From Camelus dromedarius (taxonomy: Eukaryota), in NCBI RefSeq assembly GCF_036321535.1, contig NC_087437.1, forward strand, positions 112,470,001 through 112,534,000: 64,000 bases of DNA. The letters are read 5' to 3'. The notes beneath the pieces were generated by a model. It saw only the letters and a list, made by a program, of their open reading frames with translations, was not told the DNA's origin and made no database searches. Every line of letters starts with the position of its first letter. Position 1 is the stretch's first letter. Made by a program: the position numbers and the translations under genes. Below, one piece after another: positions 11,415 through 45,592 of the stretch.

Positions 11415-14120
11415 GAGAAAAGAAAAATGGAAGAGAACATTTCCTAAATGTTTCTCATTCTGTAAGGTCAGTATTATCCTGACACCAAAACCAGACAGAG
11501 ATATTACAAGAAGAGAAAACTACAGACTAATATGCTTTATGAATATAGATGAAAAAATTTTAACAGATTACCAACGAGTCAAATCCAGCAGCATATTAAA
11601 AGATTATACACCATGACCAAGAAAGATTTATCCTTGGAATGCAAGGATAGTTCAGTAGGATATGAAAAATCAGTCAGTGGAATACACCATATTGAAAGAA
11701 TGAAGGGGGAAAAACACATGATCATCTCAATGGATGCAGAAAAAGCATTTGATAATATCCAACTCTCATAGTAAAAACACCCAACAAACAAGGACTAGAA
11801 AGCAACTTCCTCAACCTTATAAAGTGTATTTACTACAATCCACTTAATAGGTAAGACTGAAAGCTTTCCTCTGTGATCAGGAACAAGAAAAGGATGTCAG
11901 CTCTCACCGCTTTTATGTAGTGTTGTGTATTTATTTAGCTATGTAAATTAGAAAAGAAAAAGAAATAAAAGACATCTTTTATTTGGGGAAAAAAAGGAGG
12001 GGAGAAAGAAGTAAAACTACATATACAGATGATTTTATCTTATATATAGAAAATCCTAAAGAGTTGACAAACTATTAGAATTAATAAATGAACTCAGCAA
12101 AGTTGCAGGATACAAGTTACAAAATGCAAAAATAAGTTGTATTTCTATAAACCAGCACTAAACAAGCTGAAAAGGAAATTAACAATTCCATTTAAAATAG
12201 CATCAAAAGGAAAAAAAAATTAAGAATAAATGTTACTGAGGAGGTAAAATGACTAAATTATGACTAAAAGTCATAATATATTGTTGAAAGAAATTAAAGA
12301 AGACCCAAATAAATGGAAAGACATCCCATGTTCTTTGATTAGACTTAATATTGTCAGGATGGCAATACTCTCCAAATTAATCTACAGATTAAATAAAATT
12401 CCTTTCAAAATCCCTGTGGGCTTTTTTGAAAAAGATGGGCAAGCTGATTCTAAATTCATATGGCAATTCAAGGAACACAGAATACCAAAACATTCTTGAA
12501 AAAAACAAAGTTGGAGGAGTCACACTTCCTGATTTCAAAACTCACTACAAAGCTAGAGTAATCAAGACTTCGTGGTACTGGCATATGATGGACATACAGA
12601 TCAATGAAATATAATTGAGAATCCAGAGAAGTAAACTCATACATTTATAGTCAATTGATTTTTTGACAGGGATTGCAAGACAATTAATGGGGGAAATAAT
12701 AAACTTCAGTAAATGGTGCTGGGACAACTGGATGTGCATATGGAAATGAATGAAGCTGAACCTTTACCTCACACCATGCAAAAATGAACTCTTGACGGAT
12801 CAAAGATCTAAATATGAGAGCTGAAACTATAAAACTCTTAGAAGGAAACGTAGGTGTAAATCATTGTGACCTTGGATTTGGCAATGTTTTCTTAGATAGG
12901 ATACCAAAAGCACAAATAACAAAAGAAAAAATAGAAAAACTGGGCTGTGGGTTTGTCACCAGTTGTGGGTTCTGGCCAGCAGAAGTCCCACCGAAACGGA
13001 ATGAATTACTCAAGACTCTATGGAAAAGTCAAGACAGCGAGAGGGAGTCGGGAGCCAACTCCACAAACCTCTCAAATGCCCTCACATTTATTGTGTACAA
13101 TCAAAGGAGAAATCATTGACAATTGTGTGATGGAATGCAGGAATTTAGGGAAAGACAGGGTGGGATCTAGATTGTAAAGTCTGGCTCAAGGTCAAAAGAC
13201 CCTTTATCTTTTGGTAAGTCATGTTTGTGTTGACATCAGCGAGCCTTACAGCTTATCAGGGTTGAACGTCTGAGAAGAAGCTGCTTGACATTTTTCTTGG
13301 ACTCAGGCGGCTGTGCCTGTCTTAGGTTGCCCCCCTCTGGGGGTCTTACCCGTCATTGGCTAACCAGCCTCCTCACCTCTGAGTCTGCAGCTTTTTATAA
13401 CTTGTTTACCATTCCAGCCCAAGACTCGTTACTTTGGGGGCCCACAGTTTACCTTTAGGGAAGTCATGGGAAGAGGGGAGCAAGATACATTCTTATAGAT
13501 ACGTTAAAGCAGACCACTAGCCCAGCCAGTTCCTTGCTTTGGGGATAGAATACTATCTAACAGCAGGCACGCCCAGCGCTTATAGCCGAGGGTCTGGGTT
13601 GTTGCTTTGCAAGGAGCAGAGTGCTATCTAAAACCTCAACTGTGCAAGCAAGGCAGTTACTAAGCACATTTGCTCTTCTTTAAGGAGACAAGTGGCTGGG
13701 GTCTGTTACAATTTGTTAACCCAATCATGGGCTCCCACATTGGGCTTCATTGAAATGAAAAATAATTGGGCTTCAAAGGATACCATTGAGAAACTGAAAA
13801 GAGAAACCACGTAATATGAGAAAATTTTTTCAAATCACATATCTCATAAGGGTCTAGTATCTAGGATATATAAAGAACTCTGACAATTCATCAATAAAAA
13901 GACATTTAACTCAATTTTAAATTGAGCAAAGAATTTGAATAGATACTACTCCAAAGAAGACATACAAATGGCTGATAAGACATGGGAAGATGCCTAATAT
14001 CATTAGTCATTAGGGAAATGTAAATCAAACCACAATGAGATACCATTTTATACCACTGGAATGACTGTAATCAAAATGATCGAAAATAGCAAGTATTGGT
14101 GAGGATGTGGAGAAATCAAA
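11415..14120 (+). mobile_element. Truncated, frameshifted L1 ORF2 (RT to C-terminal region), interrupted by a solo LTR
   Basis: ORF-track pieces [46 protein letters not shown] and ETIKLLEGN, plus DAEKAFD at ~11733, are L1 ORF2 motifs. Many stops and frameshifts. Confidence 0.9.
12946..13739 (-). mobile_element. Solo LTR, ERV2/betaretrovirus-like, nested in L1
   Basis: TGTGGG...CCCACA terminal inverted ends, 6-bp TSD CTGGGC/TTGGGC (12940-12945, 13740-13745). TATA-like (~13395) and AATAAA (~13087) on -. L1 sequence resumes after it. Confidence 0.8.
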
Positions 14121-14579
14121 TGACACCTGTTTTATTTTGTTCTTGCATATAACAGAAACAGTCAAGGAATTGAGTGATATTGCTACATAAAACTATTTTT
14201 CCTATACATTTTTGGAGGTTAGTGGTGCAGAAAAATTTAAAATGCAATTGACTATCAATCTCCACAAATAATTCAATTCATGAACCTCTTTTAAAAATAA
14301 AATCAGTTTGGAGTATTGAAATCTTCATGCAGTGCTTTATTGCAATGCTCAGAATACAGGTGGGGCTTAGGAGTTAGCATTTTTAATAAGCTTACCCAGG
14401 GAATTACCAGGTTAACAGATGGAAGATTTGCGGATTAGAATTTCTGTTTAGATAGTGTTTAGCATGATTTCTGTCACAAAACATGGAAGTCTATCTGTAT
14501 TCAAGTGACTTCATTCCGAATGTGAAGTATTTTGAATGTAAGTTTGATGTATTTTATAACATACGACTAAATGTAATCT

Positions 14580-15022
14580 TTTTTAAGTTGAAGTGTAGTC
14601 AGTTTACAATGTGTCAATTTCTGGTATACAGCATAATGTTTCAATCATACATGTACATACATATATTCGTTTTCATTATAGGTTACTACAAGAGATTGAA
14701 TATAGTTTCCTGTGCTATACAGAAGAAACTTGTTGTTTATCTATTTTATATATAGAAGGTAATATTTGCAAATCTCCAACTCCCAATTTCTCTTCCCACT
14801 CCCTTTCCCCCTAGTAACCATAAATTTGTTTACTATGTCTGTGAGTCTGTTTCTGTTTTGTAGATGAGTTCATGAGTGTCTTTTTTTTTCTTTTAGATTC
14901 CACATACAAGTGATATCATATGTTATTTTTCTTTCTCTTTCTGGCTTACTTCACTTAAAATGACGATCTCCAGTTCCATCTATGTTGCTGCAAATGGCAT
15001 TATTCTTTTTTGTGGCTGATTA
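14580..15022 (-). mobile_element. L1 3' end (artiodactyl-type)
   Basis: 'tttctggcttacttcactt...gttgctgcaaatggcattatt' antisense L1 3'UTR. Confidence 0.8.
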
Positions 15023-15099
15023 AATGTAATCCTGATGTTTTTAAAGAACTATGAATTAATCTTTTTATGGTAACAGAAGGAGTTTTATCTTTTTGGGAG

Positions 15100-15520
15100 G
15101 ACAGTTTTATTGACTATAATTCATATGTCACACTTCATCCATTTAAAGAGTACAATTCAATGGATTAGGTGTGTTCACGGGGTGGTGCAACTATTACACA
15201 ATAGATTTTAGAATATTGTCATTACCCAAAAAGAAACACTGTACCCTTTGATCATCATCTCCAAATATCCTGGCAGCTATTAATCTACTCTGTCTCTAAG
15301 GATTTGCCTATTCTGGACATTTCATATAAATGGAATCATAAGTATGCAGTCATGTGATTGTCTTCTTTAACTTATGTTTCAAGGTTCATCCATGTTGTAG
15401 GGTGTGTGGGTGTGTAAGTACTTCATTTCTTTTTATGGCAGAATAATATTTCATTGTATGAATAGTCCACTTTTTTATCAATTCATTAGCTGATGGACAT
15501 TTGGATTATTTCTACTTATG
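15100..15520 (-). mobile_element. L1MB-like 3' fragment
   Basis: 'gatttgcctattctggacatttcatataaatggaatcata...caaggttcatccatgttgtag'. Confidence 0.75.
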
Positions 15521-16114
15521 AGTTAATTTTTAATTGTTAATTAAAAATTGACTTCTGTTAAAGGAAAATGGCCTTATGTTGTGGTTAATATAAGGTTTAC
15601 ATGGCTTGTGAAAGAATGGCTATCAGACTGTCTCTTTTAAACAGTGGTGGGTCTTGGCACGAGTGATCTGGGATGTCAGCCGCTGGGAGTGTTCAGGAAG
15701 CTAGGTGTTCCCCAGCATGTCTGCCATCAGTGTCTGTGTCCTCAGAGTGAGCCACAGCCACCCTCCACCTCTGTAGAAGTCTCTAAGACTAGCAGATCAA
15801 AGAAATAGACATGAAGAATTAAGTAATTAGCAGATGACCTGCTCTCTTCCCCAGCTTCCCCTTCAGTAATCTCATGAGCAAACTGTGTGACCAGGGTAGC
15901 ACCTAAAGGAAGGTAGCACGGAGTCGACAGGCCTGCACGCAGTGGGAGATGGCGGTGAGTCTGATCCCCTATCTCCATGATTAACTGAGATTACTTCCCC
16001 TTTTCTCTTTAAAAACTTTGATGGCTGAACACAATCTTCAGAGTTGATTTTGGGACGAGTCTGCCTGTCCCCTGATTGCCAGCTTTCTCATTAAAGGCAA
16101 CATTTTCCATTTTT

Positions 16115-16200
16115 ACCAAACCAAACCAAACAAAAAACCCCCAAAACAAACAAACAAAAAAACCCCAACCAACTAACCAAACAAAACCCAAAAAAAACAA
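16115..16200. repeat. Imperfect (AAAC/AAACC)n simple repeat
   Basis: Seen directly. Confidence 0.8.
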
Positions 16201-18761
16201 CAGCAGAGGTGTAATTTATGTATTACAAAGGTAACTGGTAAAAAGCAGCTTGGGGAGAAAAAGCTAGTAGGACTGTCAACATAACATGAACTTAAAAAAA
16301 AAAAAACCCTGGAATTTTATTAATCTTCCTGAACTACTTACAGCTGCATCTGTCACTGGACCTTTGCCAAATGGGGGCTGCTGAGCATGGGAATCCCTTG
16401 TGTCTGGGGCATCCACCATTGTGTGACAGGCAGTTTCACTGTCTCTGACAGCCCAAAGGCTGTTTTCCTGTTCTCTTTGACCCATGGCCATGAGAGCAGG
16501 GTGAGTGACCTAAACTTGACCAGATAATCCTGCCTGGGACATTAAGCCTGGACAAATGACCTAGAGATAACAGGCATTCAGAGTGCATTTCAGTTGTGGG
16601 AGCAGCTATAGACGAGTGCCTGCTGGAAAGGGAGCTGACAGAGCCCAACTTGGCTTGGCAGCAATGTCCTTGCCAGTCTCTGCCTGGGCATGATTTTGGT
16701 TGTGCTTCTGGCTGCTTAGCAGGGGAGAGAATAGCCAAGAAAATTCTGGTGAAAGGAAGTAATGAAGGACTAGCTGTACCAGTTATTAAACTTTATTATA
16801 ATTAAATATCATAGTATACTTGAGTTATTTTAAAAAGTTTACATGGTAGTTAAAAGTAGTAAAAAAAATTGAGAAGGAACATTTAAAGACTATGAAATTT
16901 CTTAGAAATTTTAATATTGCTGTTTAGACTATTTGGGTTACTTATCATTTTGGAACTCACAGTTGAATCCTTTCTCTTTGATTCCTGTGTGTAACCAACC
17001 AGCAGACTGAACCCCTTCCCCAACCTGTCCCATATCTTTCTACCTGAACACAATGTATGATCAAGGGGCTTCCTGCTTACACAAATAGAGACATCCTGTA
17101 ATAAAAGACAAATATCTGTATTTATTACATTAATCAAAGTTAACATTTTCACCATTTTAAGCATTATGATTTTTTTTATAACTTAAATAACCTTTTCTCA
17201 TTGAGTATCATTATAAACCAGTGGCACTCACACATTCAACATGTCCAAATAATATTCAGCTTATCAAAACTAGACAGGACATTCTTTAAGCTGCCTCCTT
17301 TTTTCTTTTATCATCCTTGCTGCTTTCAACTTTTTTTTTGGTTTCTGTCAGTCAGATATTTCACACGTTTTGATTCTATCGAAGATACTGAAATCAGCTA
17401 CTTTCCATGGAGTGCTGGTTCCTTTTTGTGATTACTGTCAAAGTAAGGACTGGAGAATTAGTTCTAAAGTCATAAACTCAGTATTGATTTCTCTAATTTA
17501 CATACTGGTACCAGCCTCCACTTTTATTAACAGTATGTGATTTTATCAACCAATAACATTTTCCTTTATATCTTGTAACTTTCTAAAGGCTTCATAGGAT
17601 AGTGTTTGGCATATACAGAATACGTGCTTAACTATGTTGAGTGAACTCTCCAGAACCAGTGAGTCCGTTGCTTCTGCAGCAAACGCACCTGTGTGAAATG
17701 ATGTACCTGTCCTTCCCATTTGATGGCAGTTGCTGACGCAGTCAACAAGAGGTAGGGTAATGTCGGCCAGCTGCCTGGGGAATCCTACTAGCACCAGAGG
17801 CAGTGATTAGGGTCTCCTGGCAAAGGTCCCTGTCGGAACTCCACTCTGCTCCTCTTGACCCCCTACTCTTTCCTGTCTGAAGGTGAGAGTTTACTGTCTT
17901 TTATACGTAACTACTGTAAGAGTCCTGTGCTGTTAGGGTTTGAGTTTAAACTCTACATGAGGACTTGAACAGGGCTTCTAGGTACCCTTCCTGTAAGGCT
18001 GCACCCCTGTCGGGTAGGCAGAGCTCTTAGGCCACACCATCTTGAAGGTGGCTCAGTATCGAAGGCTGGCTGCCTGCCTACGGGCCAGGTGGCCATTCCC
18101 TGTTTGCTCAGCTATGATAGAAATGTGGTCCCAAGCTTGGTGTCCTGTGTGTAGGGTCAAGTGCGTGTACCCAGTATGTCAACCTAAACCTCCCAGTTCC
18201 AGAACTGCATACCAGACTGGAAATGACTGGCTGCAGTGGGAAATAAATGTAGTCCCATTATACTCTTTACTAGTCTGGGTTGATTGCCCTCCATCCTCCC
18301 AACTGTGAAGCTAAAATCTGGGTATTACAGAAATTGTCAGTTATTAGAGGAATGTTTAATGATACTTCAGAGCACAAAGAAAACTGTCCCTCAGAAATGG
18401 GAGCTACCCAGATATTTTATGACACCAACTTATGATCAGAATAATTAGAGAAGTCTCAATTCAAATCAGTACGGATACCTAATATGGGGAAGAAATATTA
18501 ACTTGTCAGACTTGTTGATTAACTCTTCAAAAAATAAGAATAAGTTTTCGTATCTTGTTTGGCTGAAAGTTTGGAATTCTGAACGGCTAGTCTGATTGAA
18601 TGAACAAGGAGGCCCCAAAACGGTAAAATGCGAAAGACCACACCACTGGAGACAATACGTACATGTCTTAGATATTGTTTAGGCTAAGTCTATGATAAAA
18701 AGCCTCCCTGTAAGCAGTCAGAATTCTCCCGAAGCTGGCTCCATTCCTGGATTAGGAGGCT

Positions 18762-39195
<20,434 letters not shown>

Positions 39196-39594
39196 TCAAC
39201 AGGAAAATGAAAGCTGCAGAAAGAAAACCACAGTTGATACCTTGGAATATATATATTTTAAAAATCACGATTTCTAAACATGATTTAAGTAGTCATTTGT
39301 AATCACACAAACAACATTTTATTCCAGCAATTCACTTGTGAAATATTAGGACTCATAACTTGAGAAATACGACCACTCATAAATGGTGGCTGAGTGCCTT
39401 GCTCCATTAAAAAAAAAAAATCTACGAACAAACACCTTTCTTTGGGCTTCACTTTTAGAAGATTTAATAATCATCAAACCTCAGTTAAAAATAAATCATT
39501 TTAAATTTAGACCCCAAATTTAAAATAACTTTTTAAACCTTTAGTCTTACTAGACTTTAAAGTTATAGTAAGTTGAAAGAAACATTTAAGACTG

Positions 39595-39790
39595 GAGCCT
39601 GTAAAAGGTCAGAAAGTAAATATTTTCACCTTTGAGGGCCATATAGTCTCTGTCGCAATTACTGAACTCTGCCACAGAAGCACGAAAGCAGACTTAGACA
39701 TAAATAGACAAATGTGGACTGGCTATGCCCAGTAAAAACTTACATAAATAGGCAGTGGGCTGTAGGTCACTGTTTGCCTATTTCTGCTCT
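39595..39790. mobile_element. MER58-like hAT DNA transposon
   Basis: 'gtaaatatttt...ggccatatagtctctgtcgcaattactgaactctgcc' matches MER58A. Confidence 0.7.
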
Positions 39791-40369
39791 AAGCAATAGG
39801 AAGCTATCAGACGTTTGTAAAGAAAAACATGGCTTTGTTTCAATAAAACCTTATTTATGGACACTGCAATTTGAATTTCATATAATTGGTAGAGAAGGCA
39901 AAAATCAAACTTGAACACGTCTCACTTAGTTCTGGCGTTTGGTCCTGAGCAGGATGGGCAACTGTGTCTTAACTCAAGTTAGCAATGTGGCCTTCCTTGG
40001 TTAAGCTCTTACTACCTGTAACTCAATTTCTTCATACCTTAAAAGGTGAAATTAAGAGAGTTTGCTTTATGTGGCCATGAAAACTGAAATGAAACATAAA
40101 CTATTAGTACAATTTCTTACACTCAGCAGTAGTAAATGTTAACCTGCTATATTTTATTACTTTTGCCTAAACTGATAGAAAGCAGTTTTAACAAGGAAAA
40201 AAAAAAGCCAAGGAATGAATAATTCGTCACAGTCATTTACTAATTTTCAGAATATATTTAATTATGTAGAAGGCAAATTGATAACAGGAAAATGTGAAAT
40301 CGGTCACTTCTTGTGAGATGCTAGGATTACACATTTAAAAGAAACTAAATTGACAATATAAAAACTTTT

Positions 40370-40570
40370 TTAAGCACTTTGTGCCAGATGCTACTACAAA
40401 TGCTTTTCACGAATCACTTCACTTAATCTTTAGAATTCTATGAGGTACATAGGAATACTATCCGCATTTTATAAGAAACTGAGGTTCAGTTAGGTTAACT
40501 TCCCGGAGAGCACACAGCTAATAGAGGGTGGAGCCTGGATTCTAACGGAAGCAATTTTGCTTTAACAACT
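40370..40570 (-). repeat. MIR SINE
   Basis: 'cattttataagaaactgaggttcag...ggagcctggattctaac'. Confidence 0.7.
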
Positions 40571-41312
40571 GAAAACATGAGAAAGAAAAGAATTACTAAA
40601 TTATCATCTCAAAGAGGGGAAAACTATTTCAGATTAATGGAAAACACAGACTTGCCATGTGTATTGAAACATCTGAAATAAACATACCTTTAAATCTATA
40701 TAAAACATTACGTTTAGTTTGAATAGGAGGGGCAGTAAAGGGCAATTGTTCTGATTACACCAGTGGATCGCTGAAATAGGATTAGGACTCAGCCTGAGGG
40801 AATCTACGCCAGGAGTGGTTAGGAGGCCACCAGCCAGAGTGCCTTGGTTTGGGTTAAGACTTACTGGCTGAGGTATTTTGAGGGACTTAAACTTTTTGGG
40901 CCTCAGCCGTCTAAATGGATAACATAACGAGAATTAGAGAGCCAGGAAAAGCAAAAGCCATTTCAAGGATTTGGTGAATAATATAAAGTAGAATCCAATT
41001 ACAAAATTGGATTAAATAATCTGCAAGAGACAAAGGGTGCTTAACGAGAAAATATGTAATTTCGGTGTGTGACCTAAAAAAAGCAAGATGATACGAAAAA
41101 GCCCTGACATTCTGGAAAGCAGAGAAAGTGACAGATTCTACGTAAACCTCAGTGAAAAGTGAAAAGCACATGGCCAACCCTCACCCACCGCACTTACAAA
41201 TGAGATGAACGTTCCTACAGCCAAACCAGTTTCTACAGTTTCATTCAACTTCTAGTATTAAGTCGCCAAACCAAACCATGAATGCACTTCACTGAAAAGC
41301 GGAGAAACTTAC

Positions 41313-41400
41313 CCACAGACACAAAGCGGTCTAGGCGCTCTCACTTTGAGCCTCACCTGCGCGTTCGGGGCTCTGCAGCCCGCCCCGCGCCGGAAGTCGG
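41313..41400 (-). other. GART: Candidate non-coding GART exon 1 (donors after 41313 and 41357)
   Basis: GTAAGT and GTGAGG donors on - next to the ETS motif CCGGAAGT (41390-41397) and GC boxes. TSS not determinable. Confidence 0.6.
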
Positions 41401-42900
41401 CCGAGGGGGATCCGGCTCGCGCGCCCCCCCGCCCCGCCCCCGGAGGGCTTCGCCTCTCCATTGGCCCGCACGGTCCGTACCGCGAGGCAGTCCCGGGTGA
41501 TCCCCTCCCGTTCGGGCAGGGCGCGGCCTGATCCTACTCCAGAGCAAAGCTATTAAGTCCTTGTACGTTTACAGTGTAACACTATGGTTATCAGCTGCCA
41601 CGTAAGGTCGCTATTTCTCCTCCAGAGCCTCCTGAGCTCAGAGGACCGGGAGCGCCAAAATGCTAAAGCCAAATTCAGCTAATTGTATGCTGCTCACGGG
41701 TCTGAACTGACCAGCTACTGGGGAAAAGTCTCGTGACACGCCTGGCTCCCAACGAGATCAGAATGCAACAGGCTTTGGTCGCAGGTCGCTTAGGACCTCT
41801 GGTCTAATGCTTAAAAAAAACTGAGGCCGATTATAGGATGCCATGCGAGCGAGACGAGGGTTAAAACGCGTTCTTATTCGCACCACAGTGGGGGCAGGCG
41901 CTGGTTAGCGCTTTCCCGGATGGATCTGCCGAAACTCGGTGCCATCCGAGAATGTTGGAGGGCCCATCAAACACCATACTGCCCTCCTTCCTTTTTTAAC
42001 TCGTGAAATCTAATCTTGGGCGTTCAGTGGTTAAAATAAGCCTATTAAGCACCCCAACCACTGTTGGAGACTGACAACTTCAGCTGACACGGTCGCCTCA
42101 AGAGAGCCTTCTCCTGTAATGGCGCCTGCGTCAGTCACTAACATGGCGGACATAGTCGTGCGCGGCGCAAACGTCAGCAGCTCTACCCCAGACGCTCAGA
42201 AACAGCGGAGGAGAGCGCGGCCGTGCTCACTGATTGGCCCAGAGGCGGAGAGTGTCGGCCTGGGCGCTCCCACAGGAGCCAATCAGAACGGCGAGAGACG
42301 GAATTGGCCGCTGCGCCTCCTCCCGAGGCATGCTGGGAGCCTGGAGGACTAGCGAGGAGGAGTTGAGAGAACGGAGCGGACGCCATGGCGACCAACATCG
42401 AGCAGATTTTTAGGTCTTTCGTGGTCAGTAAATTCCGGGAAATTCAACAAGAGCTTTCAAGGTAAACGCTTCCCAGACTCTTCTGCTCCTAAGGGACCGA
42501 TAGGGCTCCATGTAGCTTTCCGTGGCACCTTTCTTTAGAGACGCTGTCGTTGCTCGTCTCAGGCCCCGCTACAGCCCCGCCTGGGCCTGGGATCCATTTT
42601 CCGCCCCCCCCCCCCCGCCATCCTCCCTCTCCTTTCTCAGCGAGGAATTTCGCCCTTTCCGAGGTAACCCCAGGCTCCCTCTTCTAGAACCGAGTTGAGA
42701 TGCTCATCCTTTTCCCCGATTTGGTCATCCCCTACCCTTTGGCTACTTGTAGGCCTGGTTGTCCGCTGGGGACGGGCCTAGTTCCTTCCTCAGCTCCTCC
42801 TCCGCCGCCGCGCTTCCCCTCCCCCTCTCCGCCTCCGCGAATTTCGCCGGCCGGTGCCTATGACCGGAAAGGGTCTCTAACGGCCGTTTCTTGGGTAATC
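41330..42900. promoter_or_regulatory. Bidirectional GART/SON CpG-island promoter
   Basis: Head-to-head genes. ETS 41390-41397, YY1-type AACATGGCGG 42140-42149, CCAAT boxes at 42233-42237 (-), 42279-42283 (+) and 42303-42307 (-), GC boxes. Confidence 0.9.
42385..42461 (+). CDS. SON: SON exon 1, coding (MATNIEQIFRSFVVSKFREIQQELS)
   Basis: Kozak gccATGG, known SON N-terminus, GT donor at 42462. Confidence 0.97.
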
Positions 42901-45425
42901 TTAAATCCGCTTTATTATTGCAGGCTTCAGACCATTTGGGGGTCGGGATATTTCAATTAGATTATTTCGGTCCTAGTGTCCTGTGGCTTCCACCAGGCAG
43001 CATTCTAACATGAAAAATTTAAGTTAAAATAATTCAAATTAATGTTAGCTATTTTGACAGAATATTCGAGGTGAGGACGGAAGAGGACTTTGAATTACTA
43101 GTAATTTCTTAGTTTAGCAAATGGAAAGTGGACTTTATGTGTAGGTCTAATTTTTTTTTTTGCTACCCCCGCCCCTGTTGACGTATTTGACCAACATGCT
43201 TACTTTTGCCATTGCTCTGTGGTTTACCGTTGGTTATACAAAATTTGAATGTCAGATTTCCAAAGAAATACTTGTTTACTCAGAAAGGAAAATACCGTGG
43301 GTCATGTTGTTATTCAGTGGTTATCTTTAGTATTTTTGCTTTGTATAACGTTAAATATTTGTTCCGAGTTCAAATGTATTGCTAGTTGTATTTTAAAACT
43401 TGAGGACTAGAGCAGGACGGACGTGAATTTGAAAATCAGCGGAAAACACAATTGTAATTTGAGCGCTCAGATTAACAGGATTATTGGGCAAAGATAGAGT
43501 ATCGCTAGAACTATTATTTTTGCAACATGTATTTTTAAGTTGGAAATATATCTGCTCATTCATTGAGTTGCTTTTTAAAATTTTGTTAATATCTAGTAGT
43601 TTTTAGGTTGATTAGAAACGACCTTGAGCTAAAGGAATAGTTTTTTGAAAACTTTTTAATAAATTGCACACAATAAGTAGTTAGGTTTGCTAATCGTAAT
43701 GTTTTGTTTCTATACCTTTAAAAAATAGGTTTTTGTACTAGAAAACAAGTTTCATTGCTGTAAAAAATCTAGAAAAAAGAAAGATTATTTTAAAAATCAC
43801 CACATAGTTATTGATGTTCTTTATTGTTCTTGAGTTTTTAAATTGTGCGTACAGATGCACATGTTTCGTGATATGTGACCGTTTTGTTTTGGGGGTTTTT
43901 TTTTTTTTTTTCATCTTTGTGTTGTGAACAAGTTTGTCTTCTATCGCAGTCTCAGTACTCTTTGGAATATTTTTCACAGCTCCATAGAATTGTGTTGTAG
44001 GAATGTATTGATGGTTATTTAGGTGTTTTGAAATTTCCTCCACTTTCCAGTAGTTGAATGAACATTGTAAGTTTTAAGATGATTACTTTCTTGTAGACCT
44101 ACTGTTTTTTGTTTTTAAAGTCCTACTTTTCCGATTTTTAAATCCGTGGTCTTTTTAGTAAGGTTAAGCACTGTGTAAGTGCTTAGGAAAAATGTAATTG
44201 CCATTTCAATGAGCTGTAGTTTTTTTCCTCATGTATTTTTACATATATAGGTTTGGGTGAGGAGGCTGATATTTAGGTAGTTGAAATGAGTTGTTTATTA
44301 TATACAGGTGGTGGTGAAGACAGCTCTGGTTTTGAATACCAGCTTTATCTCTTAATAGTTGTGTGACCTTCAGCTAAGTTTTTTTGTCTTCTGTGCCTCA
44401 TTTTCCTCATTTAAAAATCAGAACAATATTGCTGATTCTAGACTTTTTTTTTTTTTAGGATAAATGAGTTTTAAAATGTAGAACCATGTGACCCTAATTA
44501 ATAGTTAATAAATGTTGAATACTATTATATGATTCATTGTATTAGGAAAACCAAATGTTCTTTAATAACACTTGGTTAACAACTGATTTTTTTTTGCTTT
44601 GGCCGTTCAGACTTTTATCAGGTAGTGGAGCGTAGTTGATCTCTTTTGTTAGCTAAAATTTAAGTTAAATTAAATTGAACATGCTGTTGAAATTTTTTTT
44701 CAAAACAATATTGTAAATTTACACAAAATAGTACAAATGGTTAGCTAAATGATTATGTTCTTAGGTCCATTAAGAGTATTCTTTTGTGAATTGAAAGTAT
44801 GTTAAGCTTTCATTCATTAACTGTTAATATAAGTGAATTGTTGTACATGATTTTTGATAATTGGGTAAAAGTTATATAAAAACATTTTTCTTCTCAAACT
44901 TTATGGCATTTCAGTAAGTCTGATTAGTTTAAACCTGATCCAATGCCCCAAGTTACCTTTTTTACCCAGTGTGTCTGTGGCTAACTTTGTGTTCCTTGAA
45001 TACTGTTGATCCTTGTGATCCATGCATAGGTGTGGCTTTACTGTGGCTATAGCTTCTACCATAATGTTAGGTCATGTATTTTTATTTGGTTTTGTGATTG
45101 TGATCTGAATATTTTTCTCCCCTGAAGTAAATATGCTGGTTAGGGAGTTTTTTTTTTTTTTTAAAGATAAGCTTAGAAACCAATTTTAAAGACTTTCATA
45201 ACTTTCACGGTTCTGAAAACTTTAAATAACTGTGAATATAAAAATGTACCAACTATAAATACATAGTTTTAAGGAAGCACTATTGGTGGGGAATATGATC
45301 CAAAAGAAATACAGAATGGTAAAATGTATTAATGATACAAGATTGTTTTAATCAGTTGAGTTGCAAATGTTTATTATATGGCATAATAAAAATATTAATG
45401 AATTTTGATGGTTTTTCTTGTCAAG

Positions 45426-45592
45426 CGGAAGGAGTGAAGGCCAGCTCAATGGTGAAACAAATACACCTGTTGAAGGAAACCAGGCAGGAGATGCAGCTGC
45501 CTCTGCCAGGAGCCTACCAAATGAAGAAATAGTTCAGAAGATAGAGGAAGTACTTTCTGGGGTCTTAGATACAGAACTACGATATAAACCAG
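45426..45592 (+). CDS. SON: SON exon 2
   Basis: GRSEGQLNGETN...ELRYKP, AG/GT ends, 167 nt. Confidence 0.96.

Noticed and set aside
11410..13119. Active L1 or independent protein-coding ORFs
   Set aside because: Fragmented ORF2 with stops and frameshifts, 5'-truncated, interrupted by an LTR.
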